The translations under genes and the position numbers were made by a program. A stretch of DNA of 64,000 bases from a virus (Duplodnaviria; Caudoviricetes), in IMG/VR virus record IMGVR_UViG_2684623194_000001, positions 3,803 to 67,802 of that record. One strand, 5' to 3'. Positions 46,918 through 55,871 of this stretch are shown here, one piece after another. Below the pieces are notes generated by a model. The model was not told the origin of the DNA. It searched no databases and was given only the letters and a program-made list of their open reading frames with translations. Within the stretch, counting starts at the first letter, position 1; the number at the start of each line of letters is the position of its first letter.

Positions 46918-46986
46918 TTATCCACATGTTTATCCACAGGTTATCCACAGGCTTTCAACGAATTTGAGCGTTGGGCCTGTGGATAC
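46918..46986. promoter_or_regulatory. DnaA-box cluster
   Basis: Perfect TTATCCACA at 46918, 46930 and 46941; inverted one-mismatch box TGTGGATAC at 46978. Confidence 0.8.
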
Positions 46987-47225
46987 TGCGCTCAGCGCAT
47001 TTCCGTCGCTGTTTTCAGTGTGCTAAATCGGAAGGGTCGATAGGGTGGGTAGCCGGCAAGCTCACTCCCACCCCACAATCGACTTTCAAACGGACCCCTT
47101 CCAAAAGGGTCACGGGCGCACCTAGCCCTTCCACAAGGCTGGCTCTGCCAGGGCGGTACGGTCTCCACAACCGTGCCGCTCTTTCCGATTCCGTATCAGG
47201 GAAATCGGGTTTCCGAAAGGTGGAA

Positions 47226-47651
47226 TCACCTGACGTGGTCCAAGCCCTCTATGAGTTCGTCAAGCGTGTAGCTGGCGAGTTCATTTAGCTCTTCATTAGA
47301 GAGGGAAGCCGCGACCTTAACCTCAGTATCGATAGTCAAATTCCGCTCAGGGCGCCGCGCACTGGCGAGAACGCTCGCGAGCGACAGGGCGGCAGCGGCC
47401 GGGACTATCTGAGGCGACGGCATCATGCTGGCGAGCGTTGTGCGGCGGGCCTCGCGCTCTGCATGATGCATGTCGTCTAGGTCGCGCTGCACACTCTCCG
47501 GCCATAGGTCGAGATACTGGCCGAACCAGACTTTCACGTCCGACACATCGAGGGCCGAACGCTCGTTGATGACGCGCGCGAGCGTTACGAACGCTTGTGC
47601 GATGGTGTTGATTTCCTGATCTGGAAGATACTTCGACGGCTCGGAATACAA
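47226..47651 (-). CDS. Hypothetical protein overlapping the 3' end of the Rep-like ORF
   Basis: 141 aa protein-like composition; GGAG upstream of a TTG start. Confidence 0.55.
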   Translation of the reverse strand: MYSEPSKYLPDQEINTIAQAFVTLARVINERSALDVSDVKVWFGQYLDLWPESVQRDLDDMHHAEREARRTTLASMMPSPQIVPAAAALSLASVLASARRPERNLTIDTEVKVAASLSNEELNELASYTLDELIEGLDHVR

Positions 47652-49149
47652 GTTCGAACGCTCCGGGGATGGTTGCCGGAGTGTTATGCTTTATTCGAAA
47701 AGGCTCTGCAATAGTTAAACCCGCCGAAGTCGAAATATTATCTTCTGGTTCAATCAACGCTGACTTATCTTCTACTGCAAGCTCAGCCTTTACCTTCTCT
47801 ACTTTGCGCCACTCTTCGAAAAATGCCTTCGCGCCATCCCGTAGCGCTCGCGTCCCTGTAATGAGACGGCCGGGGACGACCGACCTTGTGTGAGAAAGCG
47901 TCTTCTGCCCGTAGCTGCGAAGCCAGAAGTCGTCAGGGCGTCGGAAGCGTGAGAAGTCAACTTGGCGTTCACCGCGTCGTTTCGGCGTCCAGTCTTTACC
48001 GCCGGCAGCAACGAGGGCTTCGGCAACAATGGGCGCCTCTTTGCGCTTGAAGACGAGTTCGCCGTGAACGTGAGGCCGGTCAACCTTGCTGGTCTTCGCT
48101 TCCACCACGAAAACGAAATCGCGAGGCTCGCCGGGAAGACGCTTTCGGAGTTCAAGGGCGATGCGCGCGGCGACGTAGCAGGCGAACTTGCCGGAGTTGA
48201 TGGCTTTCGCGCGGATGCGGTCGGAGAACTCAAGAGAGAAGGCGTAAACCTCGCGCTCGGGATCGGCGACGAGCGCGCGATGATAGGCCAGGGCAACCCC
48301 GCGTTCGTCCAGGTCTCGCCAGCGGGGAAGAGAGCGCCGGGTGATCGCAACGAGCGAGTTCGGCGAGGCGTAGGTCTGGCCGTGTGTGAACGTGAGTGCC
48401 GGCGTCGGAAGGTCTACGTCTGCCAGTAGGTCGTTAGGCGGATCGGCCGGGAGTGGTGCGGGTGTGGAAGCGGAAGCGGACGCCTTCGTTGCGTTCACCG
48501 CTGCGAGGATGTTGCGAACCGACGAGGGTGACCGGGCGGGTGTCAGCGTGTGAGCCGGCGATGCTGGCGCTTCGATGACTGGTGAGGCGAGAGCGGCGTC
48601 TAGCTCTTCGAGGTCGAGGGTGTAGGGGTCAGGGGAGTAAGTACCCTTTAATACAGCCGGGGTGCTCGTCGCGGCATCAGCCGACATGTCGGAAGCGCCC
48701 GCAATACCCTGTGCGACAACGGTTCCGCATGAGGTCCACGCATCAGAATGAGCGATGCCAGAATTAATCGATTTGCCAACTTCGGCCGCGAACTCATCGA
48801 ACGCGGGATCGGCTGTGATCGCGTCCAGTTCATCGAAGAGTTCCGCTAACTCGTCGCGCGTAGGCTCGTCATCGCTTCTCTTTTCGTCGCCGAGAAGCTG
48901 GCGTCGGAGAAGATCGGCGATTTGTTGCGGACTTAATGCGGGAGTGGTCGGCGACGGGTCTTCGTCGTTTTCGTCAGCGGGAGCTACTAGGGCGTCCAAA
49001 TCAGACAACGCGGCCTCAAGGGCGGCATTCTGCAAATCATCTAGCTCAAGATCGTGTTCCGTGTCGGATGCTGCGATCCGAACGATACGAAAGCGGCTTT
49101 CAGTAGACGAAAGGGAAAACACAGGAGACTCGCGAATGGTGGTAGACAA
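47347..49149 (-). CDS. Putative HUH-type replication protein with long acidic N-terminus
   Basis: FVFVVE...RPHVHGEL (HUH) and SYGQK (YxxK); start codon uncertain. Confidence 0.55.
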   Translation of the reverse strand: MSTTIRESPVFSLSSTESRFRIVRIAASDTEHDLELDDLQNAALEAALSDLDALVAPADENDEDPSPTTPALSPQQIADLLRRQLLGDEKRSDDEPTRDELAELFDELDAITADPAFDEFAAEVGKSINSGIAHSDAWTSCGTVVAQGIAGASDMSADAATSTPAVLKGTYSPDPYTLDLEELDAALASPVIEAPASPAHTLTPARSPSSVRNILAAVNATKASASASTPAPLPADPPNDLLADVDLPTPALTFTHGQTYASPNSLVAITRRSLPRWRDLDERGVALAYHRALVADPEREVYAFSLEFSDRIRAKAINSGKFACYVAARIALELRKRLPGEPRDFVFVVEAKTSKVDRPHVHGELVFKRKEAPIVAEALVAAGGKDWTPKRRGERQVDFSRFRRPDDFWLRSYGQKTLSHTRSVVPGRLITGTRALRDGAKAFFEEWRKVEKVKAELAVEDKSALIEPEDNISTSAGLTIAEPFRIKHNTPATIPGAFELVFRAVEVSSRSGNQHHRTSVRNARARHQRAFGPRCVGRESLVRPVSRPMAGECAARPRRHASCRARGPPHNARQHDAVASDSPGRCRPVARERSRQCAAP

Positions 49150-49182
49150 AAGAAAACCGGCGCGACCTTTCAGCCGCGCCGG
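49146..49182 (-). terminator. Terminator-like hairpin abutting the Rep-like ORF start
   Basis: CCGGCGCG-gctgaaaggt-CGCGCCGG followed by TTTTCTTTT on the minus strand. Confidence 0.6.
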
Positions 49183-49349
49183 GCACCATTCGTAGGAGTT
49201 GCGCCATGCCGTAGCGCTTTTCAGAACGACTATAGAATCTCACATCTCACGCTTGAGGCACAAGCTTTGCTTTGTTGTCGTTTGCATTTTGTTTGCAGCG
49301 GAGCGCACACAGGGCAAGTGAAACCGCAACGTAAGTGCAACGGCTCGAT

Positions 49350-51836
49350 TCATCTTCCGCCCCGCATGAGACCGCCCGGCCGCATCGCTGTTCGAAGCTC
49401 TTGGGCAACCGTTGCCCGAATTTGAGCGTCTACGGCTTGGGCGATGGCCTTTCCCTGCTTCTCGTCAGCTTCGCGGCCCTGCGATCCGCCCTCGACGTTC
49501 ACCGTGATTGCCGGCGCTAGGGTGATGTTGGACGTCGAAGAGCCACCCATGTTGCCGATGCGGGGCATGGGTGGTGCTGACAACGTGACGGGAATCGATC
49601 GCCCGTCAGGGAGCGGAACGGCTGCTTCCGGCCCAGCTTCGCCGAAGATCGCAGCGCTACGCGAAACACCTCCCTTAGCGAACTGAGGCAGCGGTTGCGG
49701 GCGCCCGTTCGCAGCAATGCCGCCGTCTGCAAAGCCGAAGAGCTTCCCCAGGATGCCGGCGCCCTGCCCGCCGCCGAAAAGGCCAGCCATCGGCCCCTTC
49801 CCAAAAAGTGCGGCTTCGATCGCCGCTTCTGCCAACATAGAAAGCATCCGCTGCAACGCCTCTTCGGCCGTGGCGCTTCCGGTGATGATGGACGAGAAGA
49901 ACCCGGAGACGCCGCTTGCAAGGAAGTCTTGCGCGGCCTTGAGTTCTTCCTGCTTGTGCGCGGCCTTTTCAGCGGCGTTCTCGACTTCCGCCATGCCGGC
50001 CGCAAGCTGGCTTAGCTGCGCGCGCTGTTCGGGCGAAAGCGCGATGCCGCGCGCACTGGCCTGGTTCAATAGGTCTTGTTCGATCCGAAGGCGGCTCGCA
50101 GCGCTGGCCGTCATGCCATAGGTCTGAATCTCGACATTGCTGTTCGCGATCATCTCGACGGCGCCGTTGATGATCTCCCGGTAGCTCGTCGCGAGTTCCT
50201 TGTTCTTGTCGATCTTCGTTTGAACGCCTTCGTCGCGCCCCGGCAAGGTCTGCGTCGTGGCGCCCATGGCCGTGCTGATCGCGCCATCGGGAACGCGGCG
50301 AAGTCCCTCCCATTCATTGCGCAAGCCGCCGAGGTCGTTCCCACGGCGCCGGAGAAGCTGTTGCGCCATGCGGTCCTGCATTCCAGCGTCGAAGAACTCT
50401 TCGCCGGTTAGTCCCATGTCGCCCATGAGGCCGCGCATGGTCTTCGAAACGATCTGGTAGCGCCCGACGGCTGACGAGTTGAACTTGTTATCAGGGTGCG
50501 CCAGCATCTTCTTTTGAAGCGCCAGAACCTCGTTCAATGTCATCTGAGTGAGGTTCACGTCGCCGCCCGTGAACTTCCCGAAAGCCAGGGTCTCGTTATA
50601 GCCCCTGCCCTTGTCGGTGCCTTCGGCGTACCCGATGAGGTCGAGCATCCCTTTCTTAGCAATAGTGCGGGCTTCCGCATCGTTGAAACGGCTAAGCGCG
50701 GCCATGCTCGCGGTCTCGGCTTGGCGCGCGGAAGTCGCGGGCGGGGTGATGCCACCAAGCTTATTCGCTGCGGCATCAGCCGCGGTGCCAAGCCGGTTGA
50801 TCCCGTTCGCTGCGGTGTCGCCACGCGCGGCGAGCGCCTTGTCGATACGCTCGATTTCAGCGTTCGACGCTTCGACCTGTTTACGGAGCGGCGTTAGAAG
50901 CATTTCAGGCAGATAGCTTCCATCGATCCGCCGTTGGGCGTCGTCGCGAGACCTTACCGCGAGCGAACGCGAAGCGAGAAGCGTCTGAGACTGCTGGTCC
51001 TGATATTCCTTGAATCGGTCGAGAAAGATGCCGAGGGCGTCGGTCGCCTCGATAATTGCGCCCTTGACCCCTGTCCCGATGCGCTTGGACAATAGGTCGA
51101 ACTTTCGATCAACCTCGTCGGCCTTATCGATGAAAGCGTCGTCCATAACGAGGCCGAAAGAATTCGCTTCGGCGATCATGGTTCGAATGCCGGTCGCACC
51201 GTGGCGCAGGAGCTCGACAAACTGCTCGCCGCCCGTTCCACCGAAAAGCTCGTCAGCAACCCGGATTTGAGCCGCCTTGTTAAGTTTCTGCATTCGGGAG
51301 ACGATCTCAACGAGAAGCGCCGAAGGGTCTTTCAGCGCCTCTTTGAGGGTCGTAGCGTCATAGCCGATGCGTCGGAAGGCTTCTGCGGCTGAGCCAGCAC
51401 CTGTTACGGCGAACTCGTCGGCGCGAAGGGAAAGCTCCTTCATGCCGTCAACGAGCGCGTCCATAGGAATGCGCGTTTGTGTGGCGACGTGCTGAAGTTC
51501 CTGAAACGCTTTAGTCGAGAGGCCGGCGCGACGAGCCTCATTGCCGATGTTGGCAATGCTCGTCACAACTTCTCGGTACTGAGAGACAAGCTGACCAACG
51601 CCGCCGATAGCCAAGGCGCCGGCAAGCCCCTTCCCGATCGTGCTGAGCGATTGGTTGATGCGAGAGGCCGAAGACGACATGCGATCTTCCATAGCCTTCG
51701 CAGAGCGGTCGGCCGACCGCTGCATGTTCTGGAACTGGCGAGCGACGAGCTTGTCCGCCCGGTCCATCTGCTTTTGCAGACGATCCATCTTCGCTTCGAT
51801 TTGAACGGATAGGTCGAACTCGGGCGCGCGCGCCAT
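49350..51836 (-). CDS. Tape measure protein with internal lambda-type lysozyme domain
   Basis: Helical N-terminus; LIGYAEGT...GYN...SSAVGRYQIV...QD..A...EWEGL; FADGG/GEAGPEA and RPGG C-terminus. Confidence 0.85.
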   Translation of the reverse strand: MARAPEFDLSVQIEAKMDRLQKQMDRADKLVARQFQNMQRSADRSAKAMEDRMSSSASRINQSLSTIGKGLAGALAIGGVGQLVSQYREVVTSIANIGNEARRAGLSTKAFQELQHVATQTRIPMDALVDGMKELSLRADEFAVTGAGSAAEAFRRIGYDATTLKEALKDPSALLVEIVSRMQKLNKAAQIRVADELFGGTGGEQFVELLRHGATGIRTMIAEANSFGLVMDDAFIDKADEVDRKFDLLSKRIGTGVKGAIIEATDALGIFLDRFKEYQDQQSQTLLASRSLAVRSRDDAQRRIDGSYLPEMLLTPLRKQVEASNAEIERIDKALAARGDTAANGINRLGTAADAAANKLGGITPPATSARQAETASMAALSRFNDAEARTIAKKGMLDLIGYAEGTDKGRGYNETLAFGKFTGGDVNLTQMTLNEVLALQKKMLAHPDNKFNSSAVGRYQIVSKTMRGLMGDMGLTGEEFFDAGMQDRMAQQLLRRRGNDLGGLRNEWEGLRRVPDGAISTAMGATTQTLPGRDEGVQTKIDKNKELATSYREIINGAVEMIANSNVEIQTYGMTASAASRLRIEQDLLNQASARGIALSPEQRAQLSQLAAGMAEVENAAEKAAHKQEELKAAQDFLASGVSGFFSSIITGSATAEEALQRMLSMLAEAAIEAALFGKGPMAGLFGGGQGAGILGKLFGFADGGIAANGRPQPLPQFAKGGVSRSAAIFGEAGPEAAVPLPDGRSIPVTLSAPPMPRIGNMGGSSTSNITLAPAITVNVEGGSQGREADEKQGKAIAQAVDAQIRATVAQELRTAMRPGGLMRGGR

Positions 51837-51849
51837 TCGTCAGGATTCC

Positions 51850-53466
51850 TTATGCAAATTCGGCCGCCGCGTCATAGTCGGGATCGGCCATAGGATTGGG
51901 TTTGGGTCGGTTGAACGCGGCACGGGAGACGGCCATCCACGCGGCGGAGGCACCATCGATGCGGGTACGCGACTTGCTCTTGTGCATCGTGCGAAGGCCG
52001 GAAGGTCCCTCATAGATGGAGACGTTCTCGACGTTCCATCGAAGGATTGGGTGGCCACCATGCCGAAGCTTCAGGCCAACAATTGCGCGTTCCAGAACGG
52101 CAACGCCTGCGGCTTGCGTCCTGTTATCAAGCGGCAATGCGTGTGCTGCGATCCCAAGCCCCTGCAAGCCAAGTGCGATCGGAGTGGCATACGCCCGGTC
52201 ATAAACGATGTCGGTCACATAGAACCGATCGTGCAGACGGGCGATGTGTTCGACCACGTAGCTATAATCGATCGCGCCGCCAGGGGTCGGAGTGATGTAG
52301 CCGGCTTCGGCCCAGGCAACATACGGCACGCGGTCAACGTCGCTTTTCTTCGGAAGCTCATCCTCCGGACAGAAGAAATGAGGAAGAACGATGAAGCCAT
52401 CCGGGTCTTCGGGATCGCGCCACGCCGCGACGACGGCCGTAAGATCGGTGGAAACGGATGCGTCAACGGCGATGTAGCAATCTTCGTCGCGAAGGCGCTC
52501 GAAAACGTCTTCGCCGAGCGGCGCGGCACCCTTGTCATAGGTTGCCGTGTCCACGAACGGCGAAAGGCTTTGGTCCTGCCAGATATTGAGGTTGAGTTGC
52601 TGAAAAGAAGTTCGCTCGCTCGGGCGGTTCGCGATCTCGCGGGCGTACTGACGCAGGCCGGCAAGATCGGGATACCCACATGCGAGGCCGGGATTCACCC
52701 GGTGCCAAATCGCTTCGTCAGTCCAGTCGCAGTCCTTGGGCGCCTCGAAGAGGATTGGTAGGGTCGCGGGGTCATCTATCTCGCCGCGCGCAACGGCACG
52801 GGCGTATTGGTATTGCTCCCACGCAATTGAGTTCTGCCCGCGCCCTGCGGTCGTGGTGATGACGTTGAGCGAGCCCGGCGTCTTGATAAGGCCGGTCTTG
52901 AGAGCTTCCCAGAGGTCGCGCTTCGGCCACGCATGAATTTCATCCATGAGCGTGAACGTCGGCGTTCTGCCGTGTTGGGTCTTCGCGTCGGCGCTAATAG
53001 CCTCAACGATCGAACCGGATCGAAGATCGCGGAAGCGGTTCCGATAGTCGGCAATGTCGGTGATGGCGCCAAGGCGACGATCGGCGCGGATCATTTCGAC
53101 AGCTTCCTCAAACGCAATGCGCGCCTGTTTCTGATCTGCCGCCGCGCAAACGATCTGTCCGCGCGCCGTCTTCTCCGGGCCGATGGAATGGAGGAGCGTC
53201 AGCGCCGCGCCGAGCGTCGTCTTCCGGTTGCCGCGCGGGATCATCGCGAAAACGGTTTTCACGATACGCGTCTTGTCAGGATGGCGCGGCCCATAGATGC
53301 GGCGGACGATTCGCTCCACCCAAGGGTCAAGCTGGAAGCGTCGGCCCGGTTGGGCCGATTTGGGGTGTCGAAGTTCACGGAGGAAGCGGACGGCGCGCTC
53401 CCCATATCCAAACGGATCGGGGATCGGCGAACCGTCATCAATCCAAGAAGGATAGGTCGTCGTCAT
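51850..53466 (-). CDS. terL: Terminase large subunit (HK97-type)
   Basis: IPRGNRKTT, LMDEIH, ITTAG, NP.L, VDAS..DLTA, RIDG. Confidence 0.93.
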   Translation of the reverse strand: MTTTYPSWIDDGSPIPDPFGYGERAVRFLRELRHPKSAQPGRRFQLDPWVERIVRRIYGPRHPDKTRIVKTVFAMIPRGNRKTTLGAALTLLHSIGPEKTARGQIVCAAADQKQARIAFEEAVEMIRADRRLGAITDIADYRNRFRDLRSGSIVEAISADAKTQHGRTPTFTLMDEIHAWPKRDLWEALKTGLIKTPGSLNVITTTAGRGQNSIAWEQYQYARAVARGEIDDPATLPILFEAPKDCDWTDEAIWHRVNPGLACGYPDLAGLRQYAREIANRPSERTSFQQLNLNIWQDQSLSPFVDTATYDKGAAPLGEDVFERLRDEDCYIAVDASVSTDLTAVVAAWRDPEDPDGFIVLPHFFCPEDELPKKSDVDRVPYVAWAEAGYITPTPGGAIDYSYVVEHIARLHDRFYVTDIVYDRAYATPIALGLQGLGIAAHALPLDNRTQAAGVAVLERAIVGLKLRHGGHPILRWNVENVSIYEGPSGLRTMHKSKSRTRIDGASAAWMAVSRAAFNRPKPNPMADPDYDAAAEFA

Positions 53467-53839
53467 TCGCTACCTTGAAATTGGATCGCGCGCGAGAAAC
53501 GGGCGTCAGGCCGAGTTCTGCGCAAAGCTGTTTGTGACGGATCGCGGCTTCGTTCTTGATCCCGGTCGCCGGATTCCGCTTAAGTTCGCCGCGCGCATTC
53601 GGGATCGTCGCGCCTTCCGTTTCAATCTTCCGCGCCATGGCGACCATGGTTCCGAAGGCATCGCAGCAATTCGCCAGAATGGAGAGGTCCGCGTCTTCGA
53701 GGTGGCCGCGTTCAACAAGGATCGGCGCGACCCGCTTCCACTCGCGTTTCGCATCCGCTGACAGCCAGGCCGGAGGGCGCGGGACGGTGCCGATCGGTGA
53801 CGAGCCGGCCGCGATCTCATTTGGCTTGCGGCCCCTCAC
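53438..53839 (-). CDS. terS: Terminase small subunit (P27 family)
   Basis: RGRKP, PPAWLS..AK.EW, NPA, ELGLTPVSR. Confidence 0.9.
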   Translation of the reverse strand: MRGRKPNEIAAGSSPIGTVPRPPAWLSADAKREWKRVAPILVERGHLEDADLSILANCCDAFGTMVAMARKIETEGATIPNARGELKRNPATGIKNEAAIRHKQLCAELGLTPVSRARSNFKVANDDDLSFLD

Positions 53840-54156
53840 GCGCGAACCTCGCATGTGATCTCGACGCCGCGCCGGTCTTCGGTCGGAGCGAACGAGACGA
53901 TCGCAAACGTCTGGCCGGCTAGGGTCACACGGTCGGACAACGAAAGGCCAGGAAGGCGACGAGCGCGCAGGACGATGTTGGACGCATCAATCTCGCGCTC
54001 GTCTTCGTTCTCGCGCTGGTGACGTTCCTCGACAATCTCAGCCCGGACGGAAGCGAGCGGCGCCCATGTCTCGATCATAGCGCCGTAGCGGTCAGCGGTT
54101 TGATTGGCGCGTTCGATCGTAATCCGATGCACGAGCTTCGAAGCTATGAGGCTCAT
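53836..54156 (-). CDS. Head closure protein
   Basis: LVHRITIE...D.YG....W....VRA. Confidence 0.8.
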   Translation of the reverse strand: MSLIASKLVHRITIERANQTADRYGAMIETWAPLASVRAEIVEERHQRENEDEREIDASNIVLRARRLPGLSLSDRVTLAGQTFAIVSFAPTEDRRGVEITCEVRA

Positions 54157-54617
54157 TGGCGCCACCGTGCGATAGCCTCGACGCTGACGACGGCGTGGCC
54201 GTGCTGGCTAGAAGAATCGCGAAGGATGCGAGTGCCCTGATAACGAACGTCCGCAAAGCTGATTTCCGGTGATGTGAGAGGGGAAGCGAAGAGCGCAGAG
54301 CGGACGATTCCAGCGAGCTTGGAAGCCTCGACGGATGCCTCTTCCCGCGTCCAAATGTGAAGGTCGAGCGCGATCGTCGCATGACGACGCGCTAAGGTTA
54401 GGTCGTTCGCGATCGTCTGCGGAGTGCCGAACGTGATCGAAGGAAACATGTTCGGATGACGCGGGCCATCCACGATCGCCATAGGAGCGAAGATCGCGCC
54501 CATGATCGGAGACGAGAGAAGGCGTTCACGGATAGCGGCTTGGAGTGCGAGCGCGGGGTCGGCGGGAAGCACGGCATAGGCCGCTTCGATAGCCTCGCGA
54601 GGTGTAATCGCGGTCAT
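54153..54617 (-). CDS. DUF3168 tail terminator/completion protein
   Basis: ALQAAI..RL, PSITFG, LHIWTR, HAVV. Confidence 0.8.
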   Translation of the reverse strand: MTAITPREAIEAAYAVLPADPALALQAAIRERLLSSPIMGAIFAPMAIVDGPRHPNMFPSITFGTPQTIANDLTLARRHATIALDLHIWTREEASVEASKLAGIVRSALFASPLTSPEISFADVRYQGTRILRDSSSQHGHAVVSVEAIARWRQ

Positions 54618-54988
54618 CGGCCCCATGCCTTTCGGATGGCCTTACCGCTCGCGTTCGTCAACCGGCGCTGAAATTTGTCGCGCAGAAGCCGATAGGCCGG
54701 GAAGAGGAACGCTTGCGCGGGCTGCTCGACGGTGCCGAACTCCACCCATCGGGCGTAAAACGCTTCGGCATCCCCGGCCACGATCTTGCGCGCGAGGTCG
54801 TGTTCACCCTTCACGAAATGGATCGAAGCCTTGAGGTCGCCGGAGTCGGCCGGCGCAAGCGTCACGGCCAGGGCGACGAGTTCGCGAGCGCAACGGTCTA
54901 GCTCGATTTCGAGGGCCGCTTTCACGCTCGCCGGGACCGCTTCGAACCGTTTCCGAAGGCGCGCAAGCTGTTGATCGGTGCGGGCCAT
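54614..54988 (-). CDS. HK97 gp10-family neck protein
   Basis: APADSGDLKASI, YARWVEFGT, AQAFLFPA. Confidence 0.88.
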   Translation of the reverse strand: MARTDQQLARLRKRFEAVPASVKAALEIELDRCARELVALAVTLAPADSGDLKASIHFVKGEHDLARKIVAGDAEAFYARWVEFGTVEQPAQAFLFPAYRLLRDKFQRRLTNASGKAIRKAWGR

Positions 54989-55269
54989 TAGATAGGCCAA
55001 TCGTAGTAGGCAGCGACGAGACGGCGAGCGGTCGCGGGAATGTCCACGATTTCGGAGCCATCGCCCCGGTGTGTGTAGAGATGCGCGGCCGTTAGAAGGA
55101 TCGCTTCGCGGTAGGCGCTCGCCGCCCGCTCCCCTTTGGGAATTTCGTCGCGTCCCGTATAGTCGAGCATGTAGCCGGTCGCCGCCGTGATCTTACCGGC
55201 GAGAAGAGCGTCGTCTTCATCGTGTTCGATCGTCAATTGCGCCTTCAAGTCGGCGACGGAGGGTGCCAT
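54988..55269 (-). CDS. Head-tail connector (HK97 gp6-like)
   Basis: LKAQL.I...EDDALL...AA...AILL.AAHLY.HR. Confidence 0.88.
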   Translation of the reverse strand: MAPSVADLKAQLTIEHDEDDALLAGKITAATGYMLDYTGRDEIPKGERAASAYREAILLTAAHLYTHRGDGSEIVDIPATARRLVAAYYDWPI

Positions 55270-55284
55270 TTCGAAAAAATCCCA

Positions 55285-55362
55285 ATTTCAGACAATCACG
55301 CGCGGAGGGAACCGCGCCGGTCCTCAGCTTTTCTTCGAAAATTCTAACATACCCCCGGTCCA
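55285..55362. other. Candidate cos/packaging site region
   Basis: One of very few internal intergenic gaps; minus strand GGGGG...A/T-rich...GGACCGGCGCGG, reminiscent of HK97-type cos regions. Confidence 0.35.
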
Positions 55363-55367
55363 GACTG

Positions 55368-55871
55368 TTAGCGTTTACTTACCGGCCTTCCTCGTAACCT
55401 ACCGGACTTCCTCGCCTCTACAGCCTCTTTGATCGCGACTTCGAACTGCTTACCCGAGTTCAATCTGTTAGCGATCGAGTACGGCGGAATGTTCATGCGC
55501 CGAGCCCATCCCGGTATCGTGTCTTCGATCCCATCCATAATGTAGATTGCGCCGATACGGCCGCGACGATCGCTCCGAACTGATGCTTCCTTACGTTTTT
55601 GTTTCCCGCATCGTTCTCTTATGGCAGTGAACTCACCCTCGTCTTGAGCGAGAATTGTCTCCTTCATAGATTCCTTGACGTGAGCCGGGTTTAGCTCGGC
55701 CATTTCGCAGACTTCGCGGAAGTCCTCACTATTGGACGCGAACCATGCGCGCGCCGTCCTGCGATTATGAGCGCTATCTACGTCTTTCCATGTAGAAAGA
55801 GCGTCCCTAACGGCTTGGGCGACAACTTTGCGCCAAAGCTCGCGCGGATCAAACTCGTCTAAAACTCTCAT
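55368..55871 (-). CDS. Hypothetical protein, possible DNA-binding C-terminus
   Basis: LWRKVVAQAVRDA...DFREVCEMAEL; TIPGWARRMNI..YSIANRL; coupled to the upstream stop. Confidence 0.6.
   Translation of the reverse strand: MRVLDEFDPRELWRKVVAQAVRDALSTWKDVDSAHNRRTARAWFASNSEDFREVCEMAELNPAHVKESMKETILAQDEGEFTAIRERCGKQKRKEASVRSDRRGRIGAIYIMDGIEDTIPGWARRMNIPPYSIANRLNSGKQFEVAIKEAVEARKSGRLRGRPVSKR

Noticed and set aside
46900-47000. Chromosomal oriC
   Set aside because: DnaA boxes are present but none of the usual origin-flanking housekeeping genes; the context is the end of a mobile element.
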